A stretch of 64,000 nucleotides of DNA, taken from NCBI RefSeq assembly GCF_009914755.1, contig NC_060931.1, one strand, 5' to 3'. The notes under the pieces are model-generated. The model was not told the origin of the DNA and did no database searches. It was given only the letters and a program-made list of their open reading frames with translations. Made by a program: the position numbers and the translations under genes. Below are positions 46,511-62,887 of this stretch, one piece after another (position 1 is the stretch's first letter; each line of letters begins with the position of its first letter). The DNA is from the human T2T-CHM13v2.0 reference genome, Homo sapiens.

Positions 46511-49500
46511 TTATCTATTTTTTTCAATTGCTTTAGAGGCAGTATACATTTTAAAGTAAAAATATATGAGTATTGATTATAAACTTTATTCACTGAAAAT
46601 GTAGTGGTAATTAAGGGAGGAAACTGTAATGATTAAAATTATAAGAATCAAATATAATTGGTTTTCAAGAGAGAAAAAAATAAGTTAAAGGACTCCGTAT
46701 GACTACTATAAATTCTCCTAGTGAGAACACCAAGTATATACAATTAGTTTAAAAAAAGAATTTTCCAAGTTCTTTATTAACTTTTAATCAGAATGCAAAG
46801 ATAATTAGACACAGCCTGTTTATGTATGGAACAATACAATGAAGGACAGTGTTCTGCTTTTTGGAAGACACATACACTACAGGAACCTTTGAACATGCAA
46901 TTCAGAGGAAGTTTAATCCTTCTGTTAACAAATCTGATTAAAAATAGCAGTGGCAATATTTCAAAAGTTACATGTGTGTGTTTGTTAAATATTTCTTCCC
47001 AATGTAATCGTTTTTTAATCTTCAATTTTTTTCTTATAAATGGTTGTCAAATTTACAAGCCCTTACTATAAAATCCCAGGAGAACTTTTAAATTCCATAA
47101 GAAAACTGTATGGTTTTTATTCAGTCTTATTATTTATTGTATACTTTCACTCTAATTATGTAAATGTGGTATCTTGCAGAATTTTTGTTTGTTTTCTTTC
47201 TTTTATCCAACTGCCTCCAATGCACCACTTCATATGCATGTCTTTTACTCTAGCCATTGTGTGTTATCATAATCATGTCTACCCAGAGTTCAAATGGCTT
47301 AATACAGGTGTCACCTCACAGCACCTCTGCTCAGATCCTGCAGACTTTGCCTCTCTCTAAGGACCCTCAGCAGGGCCCACAGGATTGAGCCCCTGTTCCT
47401 CAAAATGGTGGCCAAATTAATAATAAAACTTGTTTTGGTTTCCCTTTTTCCTTTTCATTCCCTCATTCTTCACACATGCTCTCCAGGATGGCAAACTCCA
47501 ATGAACTAAGCACTAAAACACTTATAGTAATTAAATTTCTACCTGGAGAAGCATAAAGGACAGATACATGTGTCTTTACTTTTCATATCTAAGTGACAAA
47601 ATGAATCTTACCTTATCAAAACATTCACAGACACACACACAGACTTTTATGTCAGTGTTTTACAACTACTTGTCTAGGTTTGTGATTTTATAAAACAAAT
47701 GTTTTAGATTAGTTAAAATATTAGAATTTAACTCATTATGCACAAATGAAAAATGTGAACTATAATATGGCAATGAGTCAGTTGTGTTTTCTTTAAATTA
47801 ATCACGTGGTCAAATGAAATTCACAAAAGAGCCTGGGGCAAATATTTTTTGATATCTGCCATTAGATATGAAAACATGTCTATTAACGTAATAAGCCAGA
47901 AATAAAGGGGCTGCTTCCACTGGAAGTGAAAATGAGAGTAAGTGTGCAAAGTAACTGAAGTTAAACCAGTGGTACTATTCCTAATTGCAGTCACACTAAA
48001 TGGAAGAATTCTTATGGTCTACATCAATGCTATACATTAAAACGTGTATTGGCAATAATAGTGTCTATAATAATGGGAGTATCCTTATTTTTACTTCAAT
48101 TTTCCTCTCATCATATAATTTGCTGTGTCAGACTCAGGTGAAATAAAGAGGGATGTATATATGGATATAGATAGATATGTATAGGTATATATACACATAG
48201 ATATTTGCATACTGATGGTGATTTTTGTGCATGAAAAAGTGATAATGTGTTTTCTACTAGATTTAATCATTTTCTCAAAATTCTGTGACATAGTGAGAAT
48301 TTAGACCTGAGAGTTTTTTCTTAAAATAATTTTTTTATCCGTTAGTCTAGAATTTTTTAAATGCCAGAATTATAAATTCATTTTGAGTTTTTGGGATGTA
48401 TTTCTGATAATAACATTTTTCTAATCAAGTATAAGTTATTAGAGTATTAAATACTTTAATAAGTATACGTTATTAAAAACCATTTATCCGGACAAGGCAC
48501 GTCAATTGCTTTGAATCTGCAGGGAAGAAACCGTGTGTCACATTACTCTTCAGACAACAATCATAAGAAATAAACCTACAAACACCAAACTTCAAAAAAA
48601 AAATCCTGCACAAAAAGTATTTTTGAAATCAGATGATGGGCCCAAGAAGACCAAAGGGATTTAGGATATGTGGTCAAAGTTGTTCTTTGATGTGTGTTTG
48701 TGTATTCAGCTTGTCCATCCATCAAGGGCTCCACCTGTCTTGGAGATATTGTCCATCATTTATTTATGTGCAGAGAGACTAAAGTCCGAACTGATCTTCA
48801 TTTCAGTCATGCACTGAATATAAGAATTGTGGAAAACATTTTGGAGCTAAGATACACCCTTTTTTTCTGAAAAGAGAAGTTGTACTTCACAGGCATTTTG
48901 GAGTCTTCCAGCTCAGATTTACTTTTGGAAAATGACATAAATTTCATAGATAATCCCCTGATCCATCTTTAGACAGACCTCAACATTTTGTCAGGTCAAA
49001 TTATGAAACAGAATCTTACATAAGTTTTCTCAATCATATCTTTCCTTGAAAGACCATAGTTAATTTCAAAATAGACAGTATATGAAAATAGCTGCCTTGA
49101 GAAATATCAGTTAAACTCCAGCATTGTATGAGAACCAATGAACAAACAACATTCTCATCTCTGCCAAAGTTTTCAAGGAGAGTGCATGATTTCATCCTTT
49201 AGCCATGGTGATTCATTGTTGATGACTAATATCATGGATGCTCACATTTATGGAAAGTACTGTATTGACACACATTGTACTACCTGCTTTATACACATCG
49301 CCTAATTTAATCCTCATAAAAATACCATGGGGTAATTATTATCAAATATATTTTAGGTTAAGTAACCTACTCACTTATCTTGTAAGCGGCAGAGCAAATG
49401 CAGTTATACATTTCATTCTATGCCTGCATGATTCAGAAAAATAAAACAAAAACATGTAAGCCTTTGGTGTACTTATATATCAAAAACCAATTTCTTTAAT

Positions 49501-50477
49501 ATAAGAGTTTAAAAAGCTGTACATAATACTACTGTAGATGAAACAAAGTGTAATGGAAGACAGATTGAAAGGAAATTTGTTACTATTAGGATGCTTGCAA
49601 TCAAATAATGGGGATAAAACAAGCACATACATTCCTCATCTCTGTATAGACTTAACATTTTACAGAGTCCTTTGAGAGACTTTAATTTTATTGTATCAAA
49701 TTTTTCATGTCTAAGTTATCTATTCCTTTCAGTCTATTCTGTATGTAACTCAATTGCCTTTTTGCCTTTGCTAACACAGAAATCCATTAAAATTTTTAAA
49801 TTAATGGACATTTTAATTACATCTTCTTCCTTAGTACTAATAAAAATTTATATACTATGTATATGAATATGCATCTAGATGACTATTTCAATATCAATAT
49901 ATGAGGAGATAAAATGAATTTTCCACAAACTATGATTCTGTGTCATCTAAACATTAGCTTGCACAGGCCTTTTAAAGAAGGCAGAGTGAGGACTCCCTGG
50001 CCAGTGTTCTCTACCATCTCTTCTGCCTACCTTCTTTTCTCTCATGGAAGTAAGAAAAGAATCCATTTCATCAAAGGTTGAACATTCCACTTCACCCCTG
50101 AATTCTCTCTTGCTTTGAGTTCTTAGGTACATCTATATTAGATATCACTTTCTCCTCTGCATCCCCAATGCCCTTTTCCCTCCTCAGCATACCTGATCCT
50201 CTGTCCTTGCTGACCTTTGTATGTGTGTGTTTTCTCCCTTGATGACATATCCCTCTTCAGCTATTGCTCTATTTATATTCAGAATCCCAGGCAAGCAACA
50301 TAAATAGATGTCTCCAAGGAGTAAGTGATTTAATTAGCTTGAAGTATTATATATATTTTCACACACACAGACATAAACATATATATGTATGTATGCATAT
50401 AAAACAAATAAGATAAATAACTGGAAAATATATGAAATGAAGTCAGTGAATTAGCAGATGAGATAAACATCCCAGAT

Positions 50478-50523
50478 TGGTATGGTATTGTACGGTACGG
50501 TGTGGTATGGTATGGTTTGGTAC
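50478..50523. repeat. (TATGG)n-like pentanucleotide repeat
   Basis: GGTATGGTATTGTACGGTACGGTGTGGTATGGTATGG. Confidence 0.85.
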
Positions 50524-50911
50524 CACAAGGTCTAGTGTTTAGAGCTGGCTCTGCCAGTCACTATCCCTTTGATACTGATCAAATCATACAAAATCAGTTT
50601 CTTCATCCATAATAAAGCCTTCCCTTGTTACTCAGAGTTGCTGTTCCAGTCAAAAATAAAATGTTAATTTATGATACAGACCTTGATAAGCTGTATGAAC
50701 CTTACATGATACTAATGTAGTAAGATGCACCACGGTTCATTCAGATAAGTGTCCCAGTGAGTCCTCAGTTTTCACAAAGTCATTTCCTATCCCCAGTTTT
50801 GTTTATTTGTGCACCACTGCATTTACCTAGAACAAGAATTGTTATATTCTAAGTAATTGCCAAGAAGTATGGTAACAAATTCACTACTACTTGATTCTTC
50901 AGTGGAGAAAA

Positions 50912-51099
50912 TTATATACATATATATATATATATATAGATGCTTGCCTAAATGATATGCCATTCTTCCATACTTTTAAATACTGTAACTTGTGTTATTG
51001 AATTAAGCCAGCCAGTCAAAAGCTTGAAATTAAACATAGTATTTTCCTATGAAATATATTTTTTAACATTATAAAATAAAATTTGGAATAAAAGCATTA

Positions 51100-51135
<36 letters not shown>
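50912..51135. repeat. Two (TA)n microsatellites (50912-50938 and 51098-51135)
   Basis: Seen directly. Confidence 0.9.
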
Positions 51136-51349
51136 CTCATAACTCTTCATTCATTTTTGTGAATCAGTCTCATTCGTAGTTTTATTGTACTTCCAAATCT
51201 TCATTTTTCTTTGGATCATTTTCCTTTGCCAGCATTACGTGTGTGTATGTGTGTGTATGTGTGTTTTAAAAGGGCCATAAGAGGAAAACAGCAAGAAGTC
51301 TGTCTCCTAACTTTGAAACCTAAATTTTAGTTTTCTTTCACACAGGAAG

Positions 51350-53300
<1,951 letters not shown>

Positions 53301-53412
53301 TCAATAATGAGGCTTTTGCTACTTTAACAACATACAGTGTTAAAATATAACTCTCTTGTTCCATGTGTATATTTACATATCTATCCTTTTAAACTTATGT
53401 AAGTTATTTTGA

Positions 53413-53701
<289 letters not shown>

Positions 53702-53742
53702 GCCAGTATTAGTTCTTTTGTGTCATTTAAAAATATTTTGCC

Positions 53743-54078
<336 letters not shown>

Positions 54079-54999
54079 TTATCGTTTTAATTAGAGGAGT
54101 CAGAGAGAAATAAAGGTAATTGTAAAGAAGACCCTATATTTACAAAATAGGACAATGAAGAGGATATTAGTTGGGGACAGAATGAGTGGAAAGAACAGAT
54201 GTTAAAATCTATCTTAATTAAGAAGCACACTTAAAGGTCCATTTATAACGCTCTCAGTACTCATTTTTACCCTGGCCATATCTTTATCTTGAGTAACTAA
54301 TGAAGTAGAATACGACCTATGCAGTTATGCTAAAGAAGTTTCGCGAATTCCTAATTTCTTTTCAGCCAATGCCATAGAATGGCTTATATGTATTATAAAT
54401 GGTTTTCAGAGTAGCAGATTTTCTAACACTTAAATGGACACAAAAAGATAACAAACCAAAAAGAGATAGACAGATAAAACACTTGAACCATTTCATACAA
54501 AATTTCTCTGAGATTTGTCTACTTTTTAATTTATTTGATTACCTATATTACCTCCTCCATTTACATGAACAAATAAAAGTTTATTGAAAAGTTCACCACA
54601 TGTTTTAAAAGCAACTGAAACCAATTTTAATTTCTAAGAAGTAATGTTATTTTCATGTTCCCAAATGATCACTTCAAAGAGGCGAGTAAGAGGCGAGTAA
54701 GAAGGAATATAAGCTCTATTGTTAATAAACCTAGACGTACCCTAAATGAAGACCAGGAGTGAGTGAAGGTTGGTAATTTACTTAGTAGAGTTGAGGAACA
54801 TCTACTCTAGGATTCTCCACAGGAGTTCAGCTCAAATGATCATTTGAAAAATGCTAAGGATGCGAAGAGAGAGAAGGCACCAAAAAGAAGGCAATTGGAA
54901 AGCAATGGAGGTACAGAAAAACTCTTTTCCCTCATGTTTGTATAAGAGACAATAGAACTTTGGGTTCTCACCACAAACCTTGTTCATTCAGATGACTAC

Positions 55000-55470
55000 C
55001 CATCTTCCAGCTGTCTATGAGACAGATCACATATTACCTGAAAAAATCGTGTGAGGAGCTCTGGAGAAAGGCATGTGATAATAAGAAGGGTGAAACTAGT
55101 AGAGAAAATTAAAACATTAAGGGAAAGTCAGCATGCTGAATGGTAAGATTATCCACTTCGCTGTACTTCAGAAACATGGCAGACATTGAAAAATCCTTCT
55201 CAGGGCAAATAGATCCACCTTGGAGAAAAGACATTTAACTGCAGACATTTGGGGATCTTCCACAAACATCTAAGTAACTAACTAACGTTTACAACCATGA
55301 AACCGTGAAGTGGACACGATTCTCTTCAGTATCACAGAGTCTCTATTTAGCTATTTGGTGCCTCGCCTTAAGCCAGAAACAAGACTTCTAAGTATCTCCA
55401 GGCATTTGAGGAAACCTTCAGACATATAAGGAGAGACAGTAACTATACACAGAAAAATAAAAGGAACTTA

Positions 55471-55504
<34 letters not shown>

Positions 55505-56260
55505 TTAGGCATGAGGTCAAAGCATCAAAGGAAGCAAAGTGAGAGAAGATTTGATGTCTTTATGAAAGCAGAATTTTCTTTTTTAACAAATATTAGAAAT
55601 ATGTTGAAAAAAATGGAGGCAATCTCCCATAAAATACACCAGAAAGATAAAAGGATGGAGTATATGAAGCAGTATAAACTCAAAGCGTCCAAAATCCTAG
55701 AATTAAGATTCCTGGAAGAATAAAGGAAAAAATAAAATGATGGTAAAAAATTGCCATAAATATAACAGAGAAAATATTCCCAAGACTGACAGACATCAGT
55801 CTCCAGACATAAAACATAATTGAGAAATTTTATAGAATTGGGGTACATACGGAAGATCCACAATGGCTTCCAGAAATAAAAGGTCATATACACGTTATCT
55901 GGAATTGTATCAGAAACACCATTCTGAAAATTCGAAGTAACTGGATGAAATCTTTCAAAAAGTTGAAGAAAAATAGTTTTTAATCACATTCCTAAACAGG
56001 TTTGAGAATGTTTTAAAACTTTCAATCATGTAGTTTTTCAAAATGTGTGTGTATGTACTTTTTCTGGTCCAAGGATATATTTCATTTAAACAGGGGTGTC
56101 AACCAAGAAAGAGGAAGGTATATGAAATAGTTGAAGTTGTTGCCTTTGGGAAGCAAAATAGACAAAAAAGATAATGGTTACAGAACTAGGGTTGGCTTTG
56201 TTTTTTTGTTTACGTTTTTAATCAAATTTGGCTTTTAAAGTTGTATATGTGATTATGAAA
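55000..56260 (+). mobile_element. HAL1/ancient L1 ORF1-like remnant, with (CA)n at 55470-55504
   Basis: GAGGCAATCTCCCATAAAATACACCAGAAAGATAAAAGGATGGA, AAATCTTTCAAAAAGTTGAAGAAAAATA; degenerate ORF1-like reading. Confidence 0.55.
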
Positions 56261-57949
56261 AAAAAAGTGGCTTTAAATGTTCTAATTCAAAAGTAAGTTA
56301 ATTAAAAATATCTAAAATCACAAATGATAAAGAGCTTCCAAATTTAAAGCATTTATGAAGTGCACAGATTTTACCAGAAATTCACTCACAAATCTTAGCA
56401 ATCTCGATAGTCATAGAAATATTTAATGTCTTCTCACTAAATGTGTTGTATATCCTTGCTGTTAAAAGATCAGTTATCCTTATACTTACATAAATATGCT
56501 ACAAAAGCTAAGAAAAACGGGATGACTAGAAAGATATTCACAAGAGGCCACATTATCATTAAAAATTCACTTTAGCTGTGAGGAAGGATTTAAGGAAAGA
56601 GCCTGTTCTTAGTAGGAGGCCTTTGATGTAGCTGAATAAGTGTGTAACTGATGTGAGTGGAACCTTTTTAATTGACACTGACAATGAAAGCAAATCTTCT
56701 GGGCTGCTCATCAGAGTCAGAGGGGATATGGGAAATTAAATATTGTGTTCTAGCTTTTTCTAAAGCCTATAAAGATAATCAAACAAGAGGCATCTTTTAA
56801 AATCTATTTGTGAGTTGATGCCATTCATACGGATTAAAATAAATAGTACTTGAATATATGTGGTTTTGGTTTATTTTAAGCGTCTTTTCAACAATTTTAT
56901 GATTTTGTAAATGGAATTTACAACTAAGTAAGTGAATGTGCAACTACAGAATTTGTTTAAAATCTGATGAAGTATTATCAGATATTTACGCTGATATGCT
57001 AGTTTAAAAATTCTCATATGCTAGTTTATATATTTCCCTGAAGAAAATATATTAAAGTGTGATTCAGATATTATTTCAACTGCTGATAGAACCACAAAGA
57101 AACACATTACATATTGCCTTTGAAAGATACACTGGAAAATTTATTTTTAAAACTTCACTTGTGTTCACAAAAACAAAACTTCTTAAAGCAATGTCATTTC
57201 CCTCATTTCACTGTTTCAATAAACAATACATTTACTAACTAGTTCATTGCTTCTCTGTTACCAGACTATCTCTCAACAATTATTTCAACCATTGCTTTTA
57301 CTTTCCTGGTTGAAAAGAAATGCTTTTGCTCTTTCTCTGCACTACTGTCACCAGTCATATTGCAGGAGTATGGACTCCAGCCAGAATAAACCTCTGTGAC
57401 ATCTGCAGAGACATGCGGAGACCAGAGCAGACTCACCCAAACAATCACAGATAATCTTCTTCCAGCTAAAACCACACACTGAGCTTCAGCACCAGTCCTG
57501 TCAGAGAAGGGATTAGTGGGTGCCTTTTGCTGTTTGCGGTGTGAATTACATTCATCTAATATGAGGCTGGATTGAATCCTAGCCTTATGGTCCTATGATG
57601 AAAGAATAATAAAAGATTGGTGGCATAAAGAATCTAACAGTTCCTATTCTCCGAATTATAATTAGTTATTACTACAGTTTATAGTTTCTTATGGCAAATT
57701 TTGTGAGATTTGAGGCATGTTTAATGAATAACTCTGATTGCTTTTAAAAAGGCAACCAAACAATGAAATAAATATTTTTCCCATTTAAGTCAGTTATTTA
57801 AACATACTTGATTTTGTAGATGTAGATTCGATTTCATCGTGTGACCCAGTGTACAACACTGAATGATATTAAGCAAGGTCTCCTGATGAGAAATTCTTAT
57901 AATCTCCTATAACTTACTCTTATGTAAATTCCCTTAAACTATCCCTTCA

Positions 57950-59790
57950 TCACTGTATGCCAGATACGTGGGAAAATCTCCCATAGGTTAAACCTTCACC
58001 TTCTCTTTGCCTTCACCCTAACAGAAAAAAAGTTTGCTGAAGAAAGTCACACAACCAGGTTGACTGGTTTTACTTTAAAATCATGAGCGTATAACTGCCA
58101 CCAAATTGACACTCAGCATTGTAGGGTATCTTGCTACCTCTCCCCAGTAAGATAGGGTTCCCACTCTTTTAGTTGGCTGCTTGCCTTATGTTTCAGTAAA
58201 AACAAAACTATAAGAGCGAGCCACCATAATCTCTCCACAACCTAATTTAGAAGTTTGCTAGTACACATATCTATAGTCTTTGCTTTTTACCTCTGGATAC
58301 AATGGGGAAAAAAATTGTAGCTTCTTTTTTTAAGTTTAATTGCACTTCTTGTGCTCCGAATTCCTTACTCTCTTAGAGTCTTACAGATTTAATCTATTCG
58401 TTACCTTTGTTCTTTTTCTTCACTGCTCATCTCTCTTCTAAATAATCATTCTCTTCAGAATATACAGAATACAACATGCTATAATATTTCTCATCGAAAG
58501 CAAACACATAAATAAAAAAAGAAATGTTAAAAAAAACTTTACACCATAAGGGTTTTCAGTTTCCCTCATTTTTTGGCTTTCTACCTATCAAAACTTCTTG
58601 TAAGAGTTTTCTATATTGGCTATTTTTATTTTCTGTTATTTCATCTGCATGTATTGTTATTGTTTTTTCCAGTTTATATTTTAATCAAGAAATAATTCCC
58701 AGACTTTGGTATATTTCTCATGCCCCATGACTTATCTGAACACATTGTTACGGTATAAATGCATGTGTCTCATCCAAATCTCTATTGTTGTAACCAAAGA
58801 CCCAATTTGATAATATTAAGAGGTAGGGACTTTAGGGAGTGATTATGTCATGAAGGCTCCATCTGCCCTCATGAATAGTATTAAAATCCTAATTTTAGGG
58901 CTCAAGAGAACTAGCTAAGCCCTTTTGCCCTTCTGCCTTTTCCACCATGTCAGGATATAGCATTAGTCCCCTCTGGAGGCCACTGCATTCAAAGCATCAT
59001 CTTAGAACCAGAGACTGGGTTCTCCCCAGACATTAAACCTGCAGGTTCCTTGATCTTGGCCTTCTCAGCCTCCAGAAATGTGAGAAAATAAATATCCATT
59101 CTTATATAAAATATACAGCCTCCGGTATTTTGTTTTAGCAGCACAAATGGTCTCATACACACATTGGCAATGTAATGAAACTCAGAAAAACTCTAGGCTC
59201 TCCACTGAGTCTAAGTTCCATTTCATTTTGGCTTCCTCACTTCAGCTGCTTTTATTGATGTCACCAGTTGCCAAATTCAACACAGAGCAATGTGCTCTCT
59301 TTTGTACTTTGAATTATACAATACTGTGGAGGATTTTCGCCTATAAAAGTTTTTCCATCTTAGCCCAAGTGTTCCACATGCTTCTCGTTTTCTCCCATTC
59401 TTGCTTACTTGTTCTCCTCAAGGTCCTTTTCTGTTTTCTGCCGTCTACCTGCTGAGTGTCTAGGTTTAGGCTCCTTTCAATTTCTATTTGCTCTCTTACT
59501 TTAAGTACCACCTATATACTGATGACTATTAAGAATATATCTCTGACCCTGATGGCTCCCTTAATCTTTTGGGTCATATATCCAACTGCATGCTTGGCAG
59601 TTCTACTGGATTGTCTAATGAGAATCTGAAACATACTATGTCCAAGGAGTAACTCTAGACCCCTCCCAGTCACTACCGGCCACTCTCTACAGCCACTTGA
59701 TCAACTTTTTATCTTGCCAACTTCTCTGTCTCAGTAAACATTATCTCTGTCTACCCAGTTGCTCAAATTAAAAGCCTGGAATAAGAGTCT
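57950..59790 (+). mobile_element. L2 remnant split by a MaLR LTR
   Basis: CCAGTTGCCAAATTCAA, ATATCCAACTGC, CTACCCAGTTGCTCAAATTAAAAGCCTGGA. Confidence 0.6.
58746..59159 (+). mobile_element. MST-type (ERVL-MaLR) solo LTR
   Basis: TG...CA termini; CCTTGATCTTGGCCTTCTCAGCCTCCAGAAATGTGAGAAAATAAAT; perfect 5-bp TSD CACAT at 58741-58745 and 59160-59164. Confidence 0.9.
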
Positions 59791-60349
59791 TTATCTTTAA
59801 TGATATATACTAATATATTTAGAGTAAACTTATATGATGTCTAAGATTTGCCTTGTAATAATTAGGGCAGGGGCTATAAAAGAAACATTCATCATGAGTT
59901 ATTAATTGTTGAAGTTGGATTATGAGTAATATAACATGCAAATTCTGATTCAATAGGCCCAACGTGGGGCCTGAGATGCTGCACTTCAAACAAGCTTTGT
60001 GCTTTCAGTACCTCCTACCTCATCCACAATTCTTATGTTACTATGCTACTTATTTTCTTAATGGGAATTTCATAATACTTATCTGCACTTACTTATCTGT
60101 TATCCTTGTTAATTTTCTGCCTTTCTCCCTATAAGGGCATGCATTGTATATGTCTTACTTATCGCCACATCAGACCAGCTCAGTGCTTGGAGAGTAGGTG
60201 CTTTATAAATATTTATAACAATGTTATGGAGGGCAATACAGGAAATAATAACAGGTGAACAATAGGTGTAGATGTTAGTGCAGTGCCATGAAACTGAATT
60301 TTGTAATCTTGGTTGTGAGATTACAAATGATATTTGAGTTTCACTCTCA

Positions 60350-60436
60350 AAATTCTGGATTAATTGGCTTGAAATGTTGCCTTTTGCAGAGCTTCCCAGG
60401 TTAATTCTAATGTGCCAGCAAAGTTAAGAACCACTG
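60350..60436. mobile_element. MER5-like fragment (a second piece lies near 59940-59998)
   Basis: CCCAGGTTAATTCTAATGTGCCAGCAAAGTTAAGAACCACTG. Confidence 0.6.
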
Positions 60437-60445
60437 CCTTAGATC

Positions 60446-60502
60446 ATGACGATGATGATGATGATGGTGATGATGATGATGATGATGACAATGACGACAA
60501 CA
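60446..60502. repeat. (GAT)n/(GAC)n trinucleotide repeat
   Basis: Seen directly; sits at the tail of an adjacent MIR. Confidence 0.9.
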
Positions 60503-60529
60503 AACCTACCATCCACTTTGCTCTTTGCT

Positions 60530-60745
60530 TGGAGCTATTTCAAGTACTTTATGTGCATTACCTTATATTATTCTTATAAGAATCCTATGAAGTAGATACT
60601 GCTATGGTTATGTTAGAACTGAGGAAATTGAGATGTAGAAATGGTATATAATTTCCTTAAGATCAACCAATTTATACATCATGAAGCCAGCATTTAACCA
60701 CTATTTAAACCAAGGCAATCCGAGTCCATACCCTTAGCCATTGAC
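60530..60745 (-). mobile_element. MIR
   Basis: AATCCTATGAAGTAGATACTG...TGAGGAAATTGAG. Confidence 0.7.
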
Positions 60746-62851
60746 TTAAGATGATGGCATACATGTTACAAGCACTGGGAAACAAAATTGTGTGTATTTT
60801 TATTTCTAACATATCACTCATCTAAACAATGTGAAACACAATACTCAAATATGGCAAATGAAGGAGTAAACTTTCTTGTTTTCCCTAAAATGACGACTTT
60901 GGGACTACTTATACATTTGCTGAAGCAAAGTAATCATTTTAGGTCCCAAAGCTATCATTTTAGAGAAATCAAGAAAGCAGAGAGACAGAGATAAAAATAC
61001 AAGGACCATCATGAATTATCAATAACTCAAGAATTACTGTGCTTGGTTTGAACAACTAGAGCAACAGACATGAGCCCTGCTCTTCGCAGAGATTGTTCTG
61101 GTCTTCTCTGGCTCTCCTTTGCCTGCATCCCACAAGGCACAGTGTGTGTGGGGCCTAGGAGACTTGCCTATCTTGAGCCTGTGCCTCTACACACCTCTTT
61201 TAAACCAATGCTCTTAGTACCCAGAACCTTGGGATTTTCTGCAGAATGGGTGCCTCTTTCCTGGGTATGTTTTCTCAGTGAAGAGTAAAGGTAATTGTTT
61301 GAGAGGAGGGTGAAATTGTAATTTGGACCAATTAACTGGGGACTAATTTGTGTGTGTGTTTCAGAGGCTTATTTGGCATATGTATTTGAGGGATGTTATC
61401 AGGGAGGAAATTGGGGTACAGACTTTGGACATCTACTTGCATTCTCACCCTAAAGGTGCATCTGCGGTCAAATTCCAATTCCAGAGATAAGGTCAAGGAG
61501 TTAATCTTAAGAAAGTAAAGGGTAAATCTTGAACTGAAGATGAGACTCTAGAAATACTCTGTTATCTTAGGTATTTGACCAATGGCAACTTCTTCCCTAT
61601 TCCATTCTCAGACTCCTTGAGGAATTTGGCAATAGGTAACGCTACTCATGTTAAGTTGCTATAAGATAGAAATGGGGCTTCCATTGTTCACTCTTCCTGT
61701 GTTAGGAGAACCAATATTGCAGTTTGTCATCTTGTGGACATTACATTCTCACCAAAGAAGCCTCCTTTGCCTCCTCCAACTCTGTTTGACCTAGAGATTG
61801 ACAAAGGAATCTGCTTAGGATCACTTGGGATTCTTCTTTCTATAGGCATGTGGGACGATAATTTGGGTCACGTCCTGAGATTTTAAATAAATTTCAAAAG
61901 TGCAATGAGGAGTCAGCTTTGTAAAAGAAAAAAAAAGACACTTCCATAACAGAATTTTTTTGTAGCTTTCAAATTTAGCTAAGCATTTGTTTCCTACTGA
62001 ATAATCAACACTTACAGAGCCTGAAGTTATAAATGTAAGCTGTTTTAAAATTATGTACAGACTTTCTGCAATTATTTTTTCTAGAACAAGAAAGTGTATT
62101 CTCTTTCCTTTTCAGGTAACTTAAAAAGAGCTGAATATGTTGAACTTAATGTGCTTTATGAGAATGCTGACTTCTTAAATGAAAATAAAAAATATTAATT
62201 TTCTGCTTAGGAAATGTTGAGAACAATCAGTCTCATAATGATTTTGCATTTTAACTGAGCATATCCCTGTATACTGCAAAAAATACACTCAAATTGCCCA
62301 TAGCTACCATGAAAGGTAATGATGCAGTACACTTAATTACTGTTTAGCAGTGCTTTTTTATTTGAGTATTTTGAAATATTAGTAAAAGCGTTATATCTCA
62401 TATTTTTATGAAGGACTTCAATAAAAATGTGGTAATGGAGATCGGTTAAATAAGAATTTCAAAACTAGAAGTGATTTTTTTTCTCTAAAAGTAACTGATG
62501 TCGTCTTTTTAGAAAAGAGAAGAACAAAATTACCATGGAAAGCATTTCTGGTTTTGTCTCTTCATTATTCTTGGCACAATTACCAAAGATGTTTTGAAGA
62601 TCTTGGCCATCATAGTAACTGATCTTATCTTTAACCATCATAAAAAATTTCTGGTGTATTAAATGTACCAAAATATTTTAAAATATTTTTTCAGTTATTT
62701 GTTTTGCATTTCCCATTACTCTACCTATGTATACCATGTTGAGAAACAGGGACAAATTATTCTTTGTTTGTATCATTTCTTACTGTATTTACACATAAGT
62801 ACATATGTTACTAACTTCAAAGAAAAAAAATATTTCTTGCTTCTTATGCAC

Positions 62852-62855
<4 letters not shown>

Positions 62856-62887
<32 letters not shown>

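Noticed and set aside
49947-50132. Protein-like 61-aa ORF (MYLRTQSKREF...)
   Set aside because: Overlaps purine-rich L2-like sequence, has no recognised homology and no clear splice context
61040-61560. Possible ancient LTR or promoter-like block
   Set aside because: I could not assign termini or a family with confidence
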